Assembly: GCF_009914755.1 (NCBI RefSeq)
Contig: NC_060936.1
Direction: 5' to 3' (one strand)
Origin: the human T2T-CHM13v2.0 reference genome, Homo sapiens
Length of the DNA: 64,000 nt
Shown piece after piece: positions 29,124-41,643 of the stretch. The notes below the pieces were generated by a model. The model searched no databases. It had not been told where the DNA came from and worked only from the letters and a program-made list of their open reading frames with translations. Made by a program: the position numbers and the translations under genes. How positions within the stretch are numbered: the first letter of the stretch is position 1; each line of letters begins with the position of its first letter.

Positions 29124-29278
29124 GGTCGGGCACGGTGGCTCACACCTGTAATTCCAGCACTTTGGGAGGTCAAGGCGGGCAGATCATGAGGTCAGGAGTT
29201 GGGGACCAGCCTGGCCAACATGACGAAACCCCGTCTCTACTAAAAAATATAAAAATTCCGGGTGTAGTGACACGTACT
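29124..29278 (+). mobile_element. AluS left arm plus ~20 bp of right arm; 3' part absent
   Basis: 'ggtcgggcacggtggctcac...tactaaaaaatataaaaattccgggtgtagtg' then abrupt loss of homology; no poly(A). Confidence 0.9.
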
Positions 29279-29812
29279 GAAGGATAAAGTCAGCACTCTG
29301 CATTCTTCGTTTTTTTTGTAGAATCTTTTGTAATAAACTGCATATATTTATTGAGTTTAATACTTCCATAATTCATCATCTCCAAAAAAATCCCTAACTT
29401 ACCTTTGTGTAAGGGATAATCCCTAACTTATCTGGTGGGGTTATTTTACCCCACCAGATATTAGTGAGAAAGAGAAAGGAAAAGATAGCTAGATAAGTGT
29501 AAATGAAGATAGATAGATGTAAAAACAGATAGATATGTATAGACAGATAGATATGAATAAATAAGACCAAATGGATCATCAATGGCTTTTACAGACAATT
29601 GTTTCCAAAAGAGCTACAGTATCAATTATATAATTATTTCATGATGAAATTTATTTTAATTTGAGTTTGGACAGCGTTATTTGTCCTTCCTTTTTCATGA
29701 GCTAATTTTCTTTCCTTTGTTTATCACCTTTTATCTAAGCTACAGAAGTAGATTCTGCAGTCTTTGAGAAATCTTACTTTCTAACTGTAGAGGGAAATTC
29801 CTTGGGTGGGGG

Positions 29813-29814
29813 AT

Positions 29815-29845
<31 letters not shown>
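29813..29845. repeat. (GA)n microsatellite
   Basis: Direct reading. Confidence 0.9.
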
Positions 29846-30309
29846 TTCTTTCTATAAATTTTTACGAAGTAAAAATGTAGAGAGATATTATATGTCTTAT
29901 GAACCTGCGAAGATTCTATGCGAAAATCAATAAAACTGTAACATAACCAGGAAAATCACACAATCTTGACTAAAGACAGATTTACAAACTTAAGCTTAAA
30001 ATTCTGTGCTTCTTACTTGCACAGTTTTCTTCCAAGAGACTGAGAGCATCCCTGACATGTATTTGCATGATCAAGTATTTTTGTAAAACTTGCCAAAAAA
30101 ACCCATATTTTAATTACATTTGGTTGAAACCATTGTCTCTTTCCACTCTGACTTCCTCTTTATGTCAGGTGGCATTGAAGTAGTCAGAGACATTTTTAAG
30201 CTCCTGTTTTGAGTTCGTAATACTCCATTTTAACTGCAATTTGAAAGACTATAATGTTTCAGTACAACAGTGAGAAATGGCAGACTCCCTATTTAGGCAA
30301 GTGTTAAGA

Positions 30310-30750
30310 GTTCTTAGCAGCCCCGCCCTCTGCCCCATGACACCACTGCCACTGATGTAAAAATATGCGTGGAGGTAGCCAGCCTCTCACCCCACCCCAG
30401 TGCTCCATGCCCACACCAACACCACTGTGGATGAAAATGTGCACACAGAAGCCAGTGGCCCTGTCCCCAATTTCCACTCCTGCACCACCACTGCCACCAC
30501 TGCCAAAGCCTGCATGGAGACCAGGAACCCCACACCCACCAGTGCCCTGCCCCAGTTGACAAGCATGCACTTTACCATGCTGCCACTACTGCTGACATGA
30601 GCAAATGAGCACAGATCCTGCTGCCACCACCAGATGAAATGCTTTGTCTGGCACCACTCTTTGGAGTGTTGTGGTCAGCAGTATGGGAACATCTCAGGCC
30701 CTCCAGCACAACAGGTTCCTAACCTCGAGTGGTCAGAAAACAAAGCCAGT
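30310..30750 (+). mobile_element. isolated L1PA/L1PB-type 5' UTR fragment
   Basis: GC-rich island; 30666-30745 is homologous to the reverse complement of 23455-23532 in the 5' UTR of the upstream L1. Confidence 0.75.
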
Positions 30751-31039
30751 TTTAATGTGATGAAATAGTGATATAAATGATAAATGTAAATTATACCATT
30801 TACTGAAAGGAAGACACAAGTAGATTAGTGCATAAGCATCTATTCATGCATGTTAGATGTAAATACATATATACCTGAGCATTCAAAATGATTATAAACA
30901 AAGGCATCACTGAAGAAAACTGACCAGGAAGTTAAAATGCAGATGAAAGTACTGATAGATTCTCAGACAGATTAGTGAAAGTACACCTATTCCTTGACAT
31001 GCCCTGATTAAGTATTTAGGGTTGTTCAGTCAGTGACTA

Positions 31040-33120
31040 GTAAGCATAAATTCTGATTACCTTTGTTGGAGTGAAATGACTTTATTTCACCTTTCTCTTA
31101 AAAAATTTGCTTCACTAACTATAGAATTCTATAATAAAGGTTGTTTTACAGGAATATTTTTCACTTACTTCATTGCACTAATTATTCTCTTGGCTTCTGG
31201 AGTTTATAGTTGTTGATGAGAAATCTCCTGTCAATCTGATTGTTAAGTAGATAATCTTTCTTTTCTATCTGGTTGTTTTTAAGGTCATATTGTTCTCTAT
31301 AATGTTATACCAGATGATTGCCTATAGGTTTTTAAAAATGTATCCTGGTTGGTATTTCATATACTTTTATAAATCCTGAGACTCATGATGGTCTTCCATT
31401 TTGGAAAGTTCTCTGCCTTTGTCTCTGTCATATTACCACTATCACCATTTCCCCATTCCCACTTTCACATATTCAGTAAATATTGATATGTATTTTATGC
31501 ACTTCTCTTAATTTCTATTATTGGTTCCCACACTCTCATCTCTTTGTAATGTGTTCTGAATTTTCTCTAGGTCCACGTGACATGAATGACAATATTCATT
31601 TAAAAATTATATTGGTGCCTTTAAAATTTCACCTCTTATTTCCCCACAACATCTCCATGTTTAGTAGAATTCATCAGTGAACATTCTGAGCCTGGTGTTT
31701 TCTGTTTTGGAAGGTTATTAATCATGAGTTAAATGTATTTAATAGATACAGGCCTGTTGAAATTATCCATTTATTTTTGAATTTTGGTACAGTGTATCTT
31801 TTTTAAAAATTGGTTAATTTCATCTCTGTTATCAAATTTGTGGGCATAGAGTTGTTCATAATATTCATTTAACATCTTTTTAATATTCATGGAAACAGTA
31901 GTGATGGCTCTTCTTTCACTTCCCATATTAGTAATGTGTCTTCTCTCCTTTTCCCTAATCTGGCTAGATGCTTATTAAACTTAATGATCTTTTCAAAGAA
32001 GCAGTGTTTACTTTTATTGATTTTCTCTATAGATTTTCTGTTTTCAATTTTATAAATTTCTGTCCTAATTTTTATTTTGTAATTTCTTATACTTTGGAAT
32101 TATATGGCTCTCCTCCTTTTGAGATGGAAGTTTATATTATTAATTTTAGACTTTTCTTTTTTATTTTTTTCTAATACAGTGTTCATCTATTTCTCCTTGT
32201 AGTTCTGGTTTTGTTGTTGTTGTTGTTTTTCTGAGATGGAATCTTGCTCTGTGGCTCAGACTGGGGTACAGTGGTACGATCTTGTCTAACTGCAACCTCC
32301 ACCTCCCGGGTTTAAGCAATTTTCTCAACTCAGCCTCCCGAGTAGCTGGAATTACAGGTGCGTGCCACCACGCTCAGCTAATTTTTGTATTTTTAGTAGA
32401 GATGGGGTTTCACCGTGTTGGCCAGGCTGGTCTTGAACTCTTGACCTCGTAATCTGCCCACCTCGGTCTCCTAAAGTGCTGGGATTGCAGGCGTGTGCTG
32501 ACTTGCCCGGAAGTTCTATCTGTTTTTGCCTCAGGTATTTTGACAATCTGTTGTTTGGTGCATACTCATTAAGGATTGTTGTATCTTCTGGGATAATTGA
32601 CCTCATTATTATTACATAATGCCCCTTTTCATTCTTGAACATTTTTCTTGTTTGCTTTGTCTGAAATTAATACAGCTACTCTAGCTTTCTTTTGATTAGT
32701 GATAGCATAGCATAGTTCATCTTTCTCCCTTTACTTTTTAAGATCTATGTGTTTTTATATTTCAAGTGGGTTTCTTGTAGATTACAAATAGCTGGGTTGT
32801 GGTTTTTTTAAACCCATTCTTATAGTCTATTTTAATTAGTATTTAGGCTATTTATCTTTAAAATGGTTATTAATATAGTTGAATAAATATCTACCGTATT
32901 TGATACTGTTTTCTATTCATTGTCTTTGTTGTTTTTCTCTGTTTTGTCTTCCGCTTTCTTCTTCTTTGGTTTTCATTGATCATTTTACATACTTTTATTT
33001 TCTCTCCTCTCTTAGTATATCAATTACACTTTTTTTAAAAAATATTTTTAGTGGTTGCTTCAGTTTGTGGCACTTTTACAGTAAACAAAATCCTCCTCAA
33101 AATAACACTATAACACTACA
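31040..33120 (-). mobile_element. old L1M fragments (ORF1/ORF2 endonuclease region), interrupted by an Alu
   Basis: ORF 32352-32642 begins [35 protein letters not shown] (L1 EN-like) before reading into the Alu; typical antisense L1 text on both sides. Confidence 0.75.
32207..32510 (-). mobile_element. AluS (Sg/Sc-like)
   Basis: (TTG)n tail, dimeric body, 'agttct' at both flanks. Confidence 0.92.
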
Positions 33121-33139
33121 TGATAGCTATTAAATGTTA

Positions 33140-33745
33140 CCTGTCCCAGGGCTCAATCATCGTCTGTCTCCTTGTACGTTTTATCTGTATGGTCTCTCTG
33201 GTGATCTCATTCAGTCACATGGCTTTCAACATCATCTCTCTGCCATTGATACCCAATTGTATATATTTATATCTTTATCCCTATCTGTCTATGCCTCACA
33301 CACATACATTGAAATAGAGACTTATTTAAGCATCTCAAAATTAACTTATTTTGAATTTTAACTTTTGTCCTAACCCTGCATCTCAGCTAGTCTATCATAT
33401 TTCGTTAGTGGCTTCAACATTATTTTAATTGCACAGCCACAAAGCCCACTGAGCTGGTGACTCAGGCAGTTGACTGCCCTTTTTCTCTTCCCTCTTCTGC
33501 TAGCAAATTCATTACTAAATCCTATCCGGGATTTCACACTTGATGTTCCCTAGAACACTCATTTCTCAGTTATACCCAGGGCAGTGACCTTTTCATCAGT
33601 AAAGTCTTTGTTCAGATGAAGCTTCTTCATACATTTCTTTTTGACTACCCAATCTACAATAGCCTTGCCAATGCTGGCCTGTGCCATATTCACAGAGCCT
33701 AGGATAGTAGGTTTTCAGGACCCATCTATTAGTAAATGAATGTTT
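33140..33745 (+). mobile_element. L2 fragments
   Basis: 'ggtgatctcattcagtcacatggctttcaacatcatctc...gatacccaattgtatat' (L2 RT-motif region) and L2-like tail 'gtaaatgaatg'. Confidence 0.65.
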
Positions 33746-34014
33746 TCTTTTAGAGAAAAATGCGTATCAAGTTTCTATAGCTCTGCATCAATGCCATCTA
33801 CTATATGTACATTAACTAAAACAACGATTAAAATCTAAAATTGATTTAAGTAGCCTTTCTCATACAGAAAGGTATATATATATATATAAAAGCTATATAT
33901 TTTTCAAGATTCACTAATATACTATTTTATTAAATGTTAAAATTTTTAAGAACTATATTTTCATTTTTTCTTTAAATTTAAATTGCTTTTATTTCAAGGC
34001 TTGCATTTGGTTTC

Positions 34015-34250
34015 TACTTATGTGCTTCTTATACTTAGCTCTATGTGCTAATGGTCTAGCAGTGAATAAAATGGGCAAAAGCCTTGCCTTCCTGGAAGTC
34101 AGTAAGATGGGAGTAAAATAGGAGATTGTGGTTTTCTAGAAGTCAAGTGAAAAAAGTGTTTCCAGAGAGAATGATCAACTGTCAAATTTCCTTACAGGTC
34201 AATTCATATGAAGTCTGAGAACTGAAGATTGGATACAGTTAATTGGAGAA
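34015..34250 (-). mobile_element. L2 fragments
   Basis: 'agcagtgaataaaatgggcaaaagccttgccttcctggaag' and 'gaagtcaagtgaaaaaagtgtttcc...gatcaactgtcaaat'. Confidence 0.6.
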
Positions 34251-34378
34251 ATACTTTCAAATGGGTACAGTCCAAACTTTGAAGTAATATAAATCCACAT
34301 TTGAAAATTCCATATACCTCTATTTAAACTGTTTGTGCTCACTAAACCTGAAATTTTTAAGACTATAAAATAAAAATA

Positions 34379-34705
34379 GGCTGGGCGGAGTGGCTCACGC
34401 CTGTAATCCCAGCAATATGGGAGGCCGGGACAGGTGGATCACCTGAGGTCAGGAGTTTGAAAACAGCCTGGCCAATATGGTGAAATTCCATCTCTAATAA
34501 AAATACCAAAAGAAAAAAATAAAATTAGCTAGATGTGGTGGTGTGCAACTGTAATCCCAGCTATCCGGAGGCTGAGACAGGAGAATTGCTTAAAACTGGG
34601 AAGCAGAGTTTGCAGTGAGCTGAGATTGTGCCACTGCACTCCAGCGTGGGTGACAGAGCAAGGCTCTGTCTCTAAATAAAATAATAATAATAATAATAAA
34701 ATAAA
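34379..34705 (+). mobile_element. AluSx-like full length with (TAA)n tail
   Basis: Dimeric Alu from 'ggctgggcggagtggctcacgcc'. Confidence 0.94.
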
Positions 34706-37094
34706 TACTTTTTACTTCATAGATTTATTCAAGGAGTCAAAGGTGATTATGAATTTAAAGCTTAGTGAGTTAGCACATGGTAGGCACTGAATAAATATTG
34801 CATTTTATCAGTTACTAAATTAGAATATGGACACACTTTTAAAATTGAACGTTTTTAAAAATTTTTATTTTAACTTAACAGTAATAAGAACTGCAAAGCA
34901 GATCACTGACAATACATTTATTTTGTTAATTGCTGCTTCATGGACCAACTAAAAGTCTATCCCTTCAACAAGTGATACTGCTTTTAAATTCTGTGGAGAA
35001 CTTGGGCCTGAGTGTTTTAATATTTGTGTATTGAATTTATTAGTATTTTTCTGTATTGGCTTTATTCATTGTTCTTCTTTTATGCACCATTGTTTATTTC
35101 TTTGCATCATGTTTCTTACAATAGCTGGTTTTCCACAAGAAGATCAAAAGATCATTTTCTAAGTAATCATATCAAACATGTAATTACTGATTGTAAGTAC
35201 ATAAAACTAAATTTAATTTTAGATTTTGTATGGTCAATAAGGATATGACTGACTCTCAAATATTTCATGTTTTTCAGTTATAATTATTGCAACCCATCAA
35301 ATATTTAAATGCTTTAACAAAGTTTATCTAAACATATTTAATGCTTACATATTTATAGAGTTGAAGAAGTATCTGAAAATTGAGAAAGAGTTAAAGACAA
35401 TTTGGCCTATGGTTTTCCAGTGAACATTTTTATTCAGTTTTTTAAAAAACCAACAAACATACAAAAGCCATGTAATTTAATTTGGTTCTTTTATTTCTGA
35501 AATAGTTATATTACTGTACCACACATTATGTTAGAGACAGAGGCATCTCCACTGAAAAGGAACTGCTTTGTACAGTTGCTTATGATGAACAGTGTTTGTA
35601 ATAACACAAAGATAGGTAAAACACCCATGTTTTCTAGAATGTATTTTGATCCAGAGCCATAAAGGCCTGATACTAGATGGAAATAGAAACAAAGAGACAG
35701 CTTTCTCTATAACCATGTTTTCTTCTCGTCCTGAAGGGCAATGGCTCCTCCCTATGGACAGAGAAACAGTTGAAATAAAGATCAGCTTATTTTTCAGATA
35801 TGTTATAAACCAGCTATGCTAATATCAATATCAGCATAGGGAAGGTTGGGGAATATTCTACTACAGTCATTAGATTGTGCTATATATTAATTACCAAAGG
35901 AAGGAAAATATAAATCTTTTCTATGAACAATTTGAACATATGCATTAATTAAACAGGAAACAAGACAGTGTTTTGCCAAATTTGAAAGTGACATAATTGA
36001 GACTTAAAAAAGTTAGTTTCATGAAAATTGTCCACTGCATTTAGTTAAGGATAACAAAAATCCCACAAAACGTGGGCCAATTAAAGCAAAACCACTTCCT
36101 TTCCAATTTGGCAGCTTCTTGAATGTTTAGCAAGCTATGAAGGATCATTTTAGTTTATACAGATGAGAGGAGGATGCATGTGTGATTCAGAGTCTTTTTC
36201 ACACAAATAAGCAATTATTTTGGACTTGGGAACTTTGTTAGCTTTGTTTGAGATGCTTGTGAAGTCATAGTCGTTTTTACTAACATCTGCTATTTCCATT
36301 TATACTCCTCAAAGACATAGTCATATGTAGAAATCAAGGAATTCAGCAAGAAGATTAAAAAAATTTTAAATGTGATTCGTTTTCTTTAAGGCAAAACTCT
36401 TTTTTGAATTTTTAAAATAGATATCATTTATTATTATTATGGTTTTTCACTAGTAATAAAAATCAGCTTTGATGTTATTCTCTTTTGTTGCCTTGGTTCG
36501 TGTTATGTTTCTATATTTGCAGAATAATCTTTAAATCCTATCATATGCTATATATAGACTGGAATATAAATTATTTTTATTTCTAATATATGAAAACAAT
36601 TGCCTTAAAAGGTTTCAAATCGATTCTTAAAAAAATTTCTCTTAAACAGCCACTCTTTTATATTGTAGCTGCCCTAATTGCAAGCCCAATATAACACAAA
36701 TGTAGATAATTTCCAGAGCTTTATTGCTATACTTGCCTGTCTATTACTGTCCTGTAAGCTACTCCAGGATTATATTACCAACACTGATACAATATTCTGC
36801 TTTCCTCTAACATTATCACTTGTTAGTATTAGGCTTATTCCTATATATGTAAATTTTACATTTTATATGAATTTTACTTGGAGACCTCTAACTACATGTT
36901 TCCAGATAAGGCCAGAGACTGCATAATCAACATATTTGGATAGTAATATTCACACTTGTGATACAATTTGTGTCAAAATCAGGTTTATTTCCACATTCAG
37001 CAAATATGTATTGAAGGTATCACAATGGATTCTCATTAATGTTAGGGGGAACATATTGAAGACAAAAAATATGTGGGAGAAACTAAGAAATAGA

Positions 37095-37769
37095 CAGGTA
37101 ATCCTCATTATTTAGGGGTTTCATTTTTGTGAATTTGCCTATTCATTAAAATCTATTTGTAGATCCAAATCAATACCCAAGGCTTTCACTGTCATTTGGA
37201 TCATGTGCATGTTGCTTGTGATGAAAAATTTTAGTTGAACAATGCACATGATCCTGGCTGAGGTTGAATAAGGCATTGCTTTGCCATCTTATTTCAGCTT
37301 TCATATGGTAGAACATGCCCTTTTAAAATGTTCATTTAGTACCATGTTACTCTCATTTTGTTTGCCTTTTCTTGGTGATTTTACTGTCTAACGTGATAAA
37401 ATAACCCCCAAGCTTAGTGTTGTAGTGTTGTCTAAGGTTCCTAAGTGTCGAAACAGCTCTTATGTGCCTTAGGAAAAAATACCTGTGTGAGGTAAATGTC
37501 ATTCAGTCACGAAGTATAGTGTTGTTATCCATGAATTCAGCATAATGAATCAACAATATATATTCAATAATGTGTCTTAAAACAGAAACATACATAAAAC
37601 AAGATTACAACTTATTGGTTAAAGACAATGTTATGTACCAGAGGCTTCCAGAAACCTAACTCTCAATTTCGTCTTTATTTCACAAAGAAGCAATGATTCA
37701 ATTATTGCTAATTCAGTGTTCACGGTGACTTTAGAGAACATAATTACCATGAATAATGAAAATCGACTT
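37095..37769 (+). mobile_element. MER82-like TcMar-Tigger element, full length
   Basis: Ends 'caggtaatcctcattatt' / 'gaataatgaaaatcgactt' are degenerate TIRs; interior matches remembered MER82. Confidence 0.78.
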
Positions 37770-40444
37770 TACATACAATTTTTCACAGTGAAGCACACTG
37801 TAAGACTTCTGTGAAGTTTAAAAGAAGCACTACTCCTAAAATAGGTTCATAAAAAATGTTTTTGGTGCAAGTAAGTTTTGAGCTTGGTCTTCTTGGAAGT
37901 GTGAACAGGTAGAGTGAAGACAACTGGAAAATAAGAAAATGGCAGAGGAAAAAGCAAAGAGGTGAGCTTAATCAAGATGTGGGATGTTAATGGGTGGTCT
38001 AGATCCGGAGTCCCAGGAATGTGTTTGGATGAGTAGAGGGTCTAGTGATGAAAAACGCAAGCCATTAAGCTGAGGACTTTGACTTTACTTTAAGAGATAA
38101 TATTATTTTGAAACCTTGAGTAAGATAAAACTTGTTTAGGTTTTAAATATATTTGTTGAGAATGTGTTAAATGCAATCATTGAAATATGTCTATGATATT
38201 CATAACAAATAAATCAGCTGATATTTATTCCAATTGTATTTATCAATTATAGACCCAGATAAATTAATATCTGTAATTTATACTCTGAAATGACTTTTTT
38301 TCTGATTGGTTAATAGATATTGATAAAGTTTCTTTATAAACAATATATATTACTACCCCTATAATACTGATCCAAAAATTCAATATAAATAATTGAGTAA
38401 ATATTAATACCCCAATTTTTTTAAATTAGTAATCTTTCTAAATTAAGTATCTTTCAAGCAAATATAAAATTAATATATGGGGAGATTATTTGGTTGACTT
38501 TTATTGAGAAAATTAAATATTTTTACTACATTGCAGGAGAGAGAAAACAAATGGCTGCAATTAGAAAATAACATTTGTTGTATTTCCTTTTGTTTTACTC
38601 AATTTGTGTGACTTAAATTAATTAATTCGTTAAAGATGTATGTTATTAATTTAAAACACACACACATTGTGTAGAAGCTATATCTCAGGACAAGCTGTGT
38701 TCCTCTGTGACTCATTATCAAAAGGCCCATCTGGAGACATGAAAAGAAAAATCTATTCCTTAAACTCCAATGAAAGCGTGATTATCTACTCTATGTGAAG
38801 AGAGATTTGGGAGGCTTTTTCTAAATGTGCACTTCAAAGATTGACGAATTGTCTATCCCACTGAAGAGCAGAAACAACACCGAGGGCATAGCAAAGTTAA
38901 ATGAATTCCCATTACTAAAAGCAAACATATAAACATCTGTAATTCTAATGGCCATGATAAATCTCAGCAGTTGAAAAAGAAAAAAAAGAAAGTCCTAGTT
39001 GGCTTGATAATTGGATCAATTTTTCACTTATGGGCTGTCAATTACTTGACATTTTAATGCATGCCAAATACAGCTAAAAGTATTTTAATTAGAATAACGT
39101 TGCAAAAACAAACCCTACAGCTTTAATTGTGATTCTGATGCACAAAATGTGCATTTGAATACCTATTTACTGAGAAGGAGTTAATTAAAAGCATAGTTTT
39201 ATATTGAATATGCACTGGGCAGAAAGAGAGGAAAAATAATTGGCAATTAGGAATATGTAAGAGTCCACTTTATAAAGCTTAGCAAGCTTGCTGAAAACTT
39301 TAAACAAGTTGAGAATTTCATTATTATTTTGAATAGTACCAGAAGTTGTAACAATTCAATATTCCCTGCATGGACATAGAATATCTATGGTTGTTAGTTT
39401 CAAAAGTTTTGATATTAATATGATATTAAGTTATATTTATATGGTTACTATGATAATTTATATTTATATTTAGGCTACCATTAGCAATCCATAAGACTGA
39501 ATAAAACCTCCCTTTTCTCATTGAAGTTTGGAACCAGTTTAGTGTAAGACAAAGTCAGAAGAGAAGTCAAACCATCTGCAGTTCTAATAAAATTAGTATT
39601 GAGGACATATCATGAAGCCCAAAGGGGACTGCTCACTCCCTGCCTTGGTGTAAAATAATCAAATTACAAACCATTTTGTTCATTCTACCTCTTCCAGAAA
39701 GTTTATAAAATTAGAAGAATTTCCTTTCCCAGAATTTAGATGGCAGAATTCTAGGCTTCTATGCTGTTTGCTGATGATGCTTTTAGCAAGGTCTCAGTAA
39801 AGAGGAGAGGAATATAGTGGATCCCAGTGCAACATTTTGCCCAAATAAATCCTACAGCCACTGTTCAGCTGCCTCACGCTGGTCCAGAGTAGGACAAAAA
39901 TAGGATGACACCAAATCTCTCTCATTTAGAACCATTTATAGTTAGTACCATAAAATCAAAAACCTTAAATTAATGACTATCGTCTACTGTCAAGAAAATT
40001 CTTTCCACTGCTGTAAGGAATAAGGTAAGGCAGAGATTTTTTTTCGAGAAAATTTCTTTGTTATGGAAACCAGAGCAATGGGAAAGAGGCTTTTCTTCAG
40101 ACATGGCCCATCTAGAAAAGTTAGCTCGCCTTTAAGAAGCAAAGAATTTATGCTTTATAAAGTGGCAAAATTAAGAACAGAACTGGGCTGCCCAATCACA
40201 AGTCCATTATATCTCACTGATTCTTTGTCATATGTCTGTAGTGTTTATTTTCTTTCTCTCTTTGGTTTGTCATCAAAGTACATTCCACGAATTATTTATC
40301 TAAAAATGTCAGATCCACCAAGGCAGAGTTCCTGCCAGTCTTGGTCATCATTTTAAACTTAGTGCCAGGTGCAATGCCAGTCAATGCTAGATAATGCTAG
40401 AGTTTCAACAAACATATTTGAATGAATTAATAAATAACCAACAG

Positions 40445-40808
40445 TTAGCAGCCACCCTCAAGGAGGTGGAGCATAAACTTCACCCTTCAAGTGTGAGCTG
40501 CACATGGTGACTTCCATCTAAAGAATACAGTATGGAAATGAGAAAAAGAAGAACGTTACTATGAAGAAACCTGAGAAATACCACCTCAGGCAGGTGACTA
40601 AGGATACAATCAACAAAGAAAACTCAAACTGATAATATTTACCCTTGGTATGATGTGATAAAAGTGGCACTTTGCTTCTGTGGTCTTCTTTCTAAGAACA
40701 GATAACACCAGATAATTTATGAAAACAAACAAACAAACAAAGTAAGTCTAATCCCAATTGAGAGACACTCTACAAAATGTCGGATTAGGATTACTTAAAA
40801 CTGTCAAG
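40445..40808 (+). mobile_element. L1MC/L1MD 3' UTR, left part
   Basis: 'ccctcaaggaggtggagcataa...gtgagctgcacatggtgacttcc...ttgagagacactctacaaaa...aaaactgtcaag'. Confidence 0.75.
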
Positions 40809-41643
40809 CACCTTTTCATATACATGTTGATCATTTATTTGTGTTCTTTGAAGGAATATCTATTCAAATCTTTGCCCATTTTCAAATCTGTTTTTTTTCT
40901 GCTGTTGAGTTGTAGGATTTCTTTATTTAAAAAATTAAACTCTTATCAGATACTTGTTTTACAATTATTTTCTTACATTATATAGGTTGCCGTTTCAGTC
41001 TGTCGATTTTTTTTCTTTGCTCTGCAGAAGGTTTTTAGTTTGATGTAGTCATAATTACCTATTTTTTTTCTTTTGTTGTCTGTGTTTTTGGTGTCATAGT
41101 TAGAAAATTATTGACAAGACCAATATTGTGAAGCTTTTCCTCTAAGCTTTCCTCTAGGAGTTTTCTAGTTTCTAGTCTTACATTTAAGCATTAATATTTA
41201 ATCCATTTGGAGTTAATTTTTATATATGGTTTAAAATAAGAGTCCAATTCATTCATTTACCTGTGGATATCAGGCTTTCTCAACACTGTTTATTGAAAAA
41301 AGAATCTTCTCCCATTATGTATTCTAGGTAACTTTGTTGAAGAACAGTTGACCACACACGTATGTGTGAGTTTATTTCTGGGCTCTCTATTCTATTTTGT
41401 TCTGTTGGCCTATATGTCTGTCTTTATGCTAAAATCATACTGTTTTAATTACTGTAGCTTTGTAGTGTATTTTTGAAAGTGGTAAATGTGATACCTCCAG
41501 TTTTGTTCTTTTTTTTTCTCAAAATTGTTTTGGCTATTTAGGGACTTTTGTGGTTCCATGGGAAGTTTAAGATCTTTTTTATATTTTTGTAAAAAATATG
41601 TCATTGAGATTTTGATGGGTACAGTATTAAATCTGTAGATCAC

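Noticed and set aside
30304-30600. Overlapping Gly/Pro-rich ORFs on both strands
   Set aside because: Due to the GC-rich L1 5' UTR fragment; no recognisable protein.
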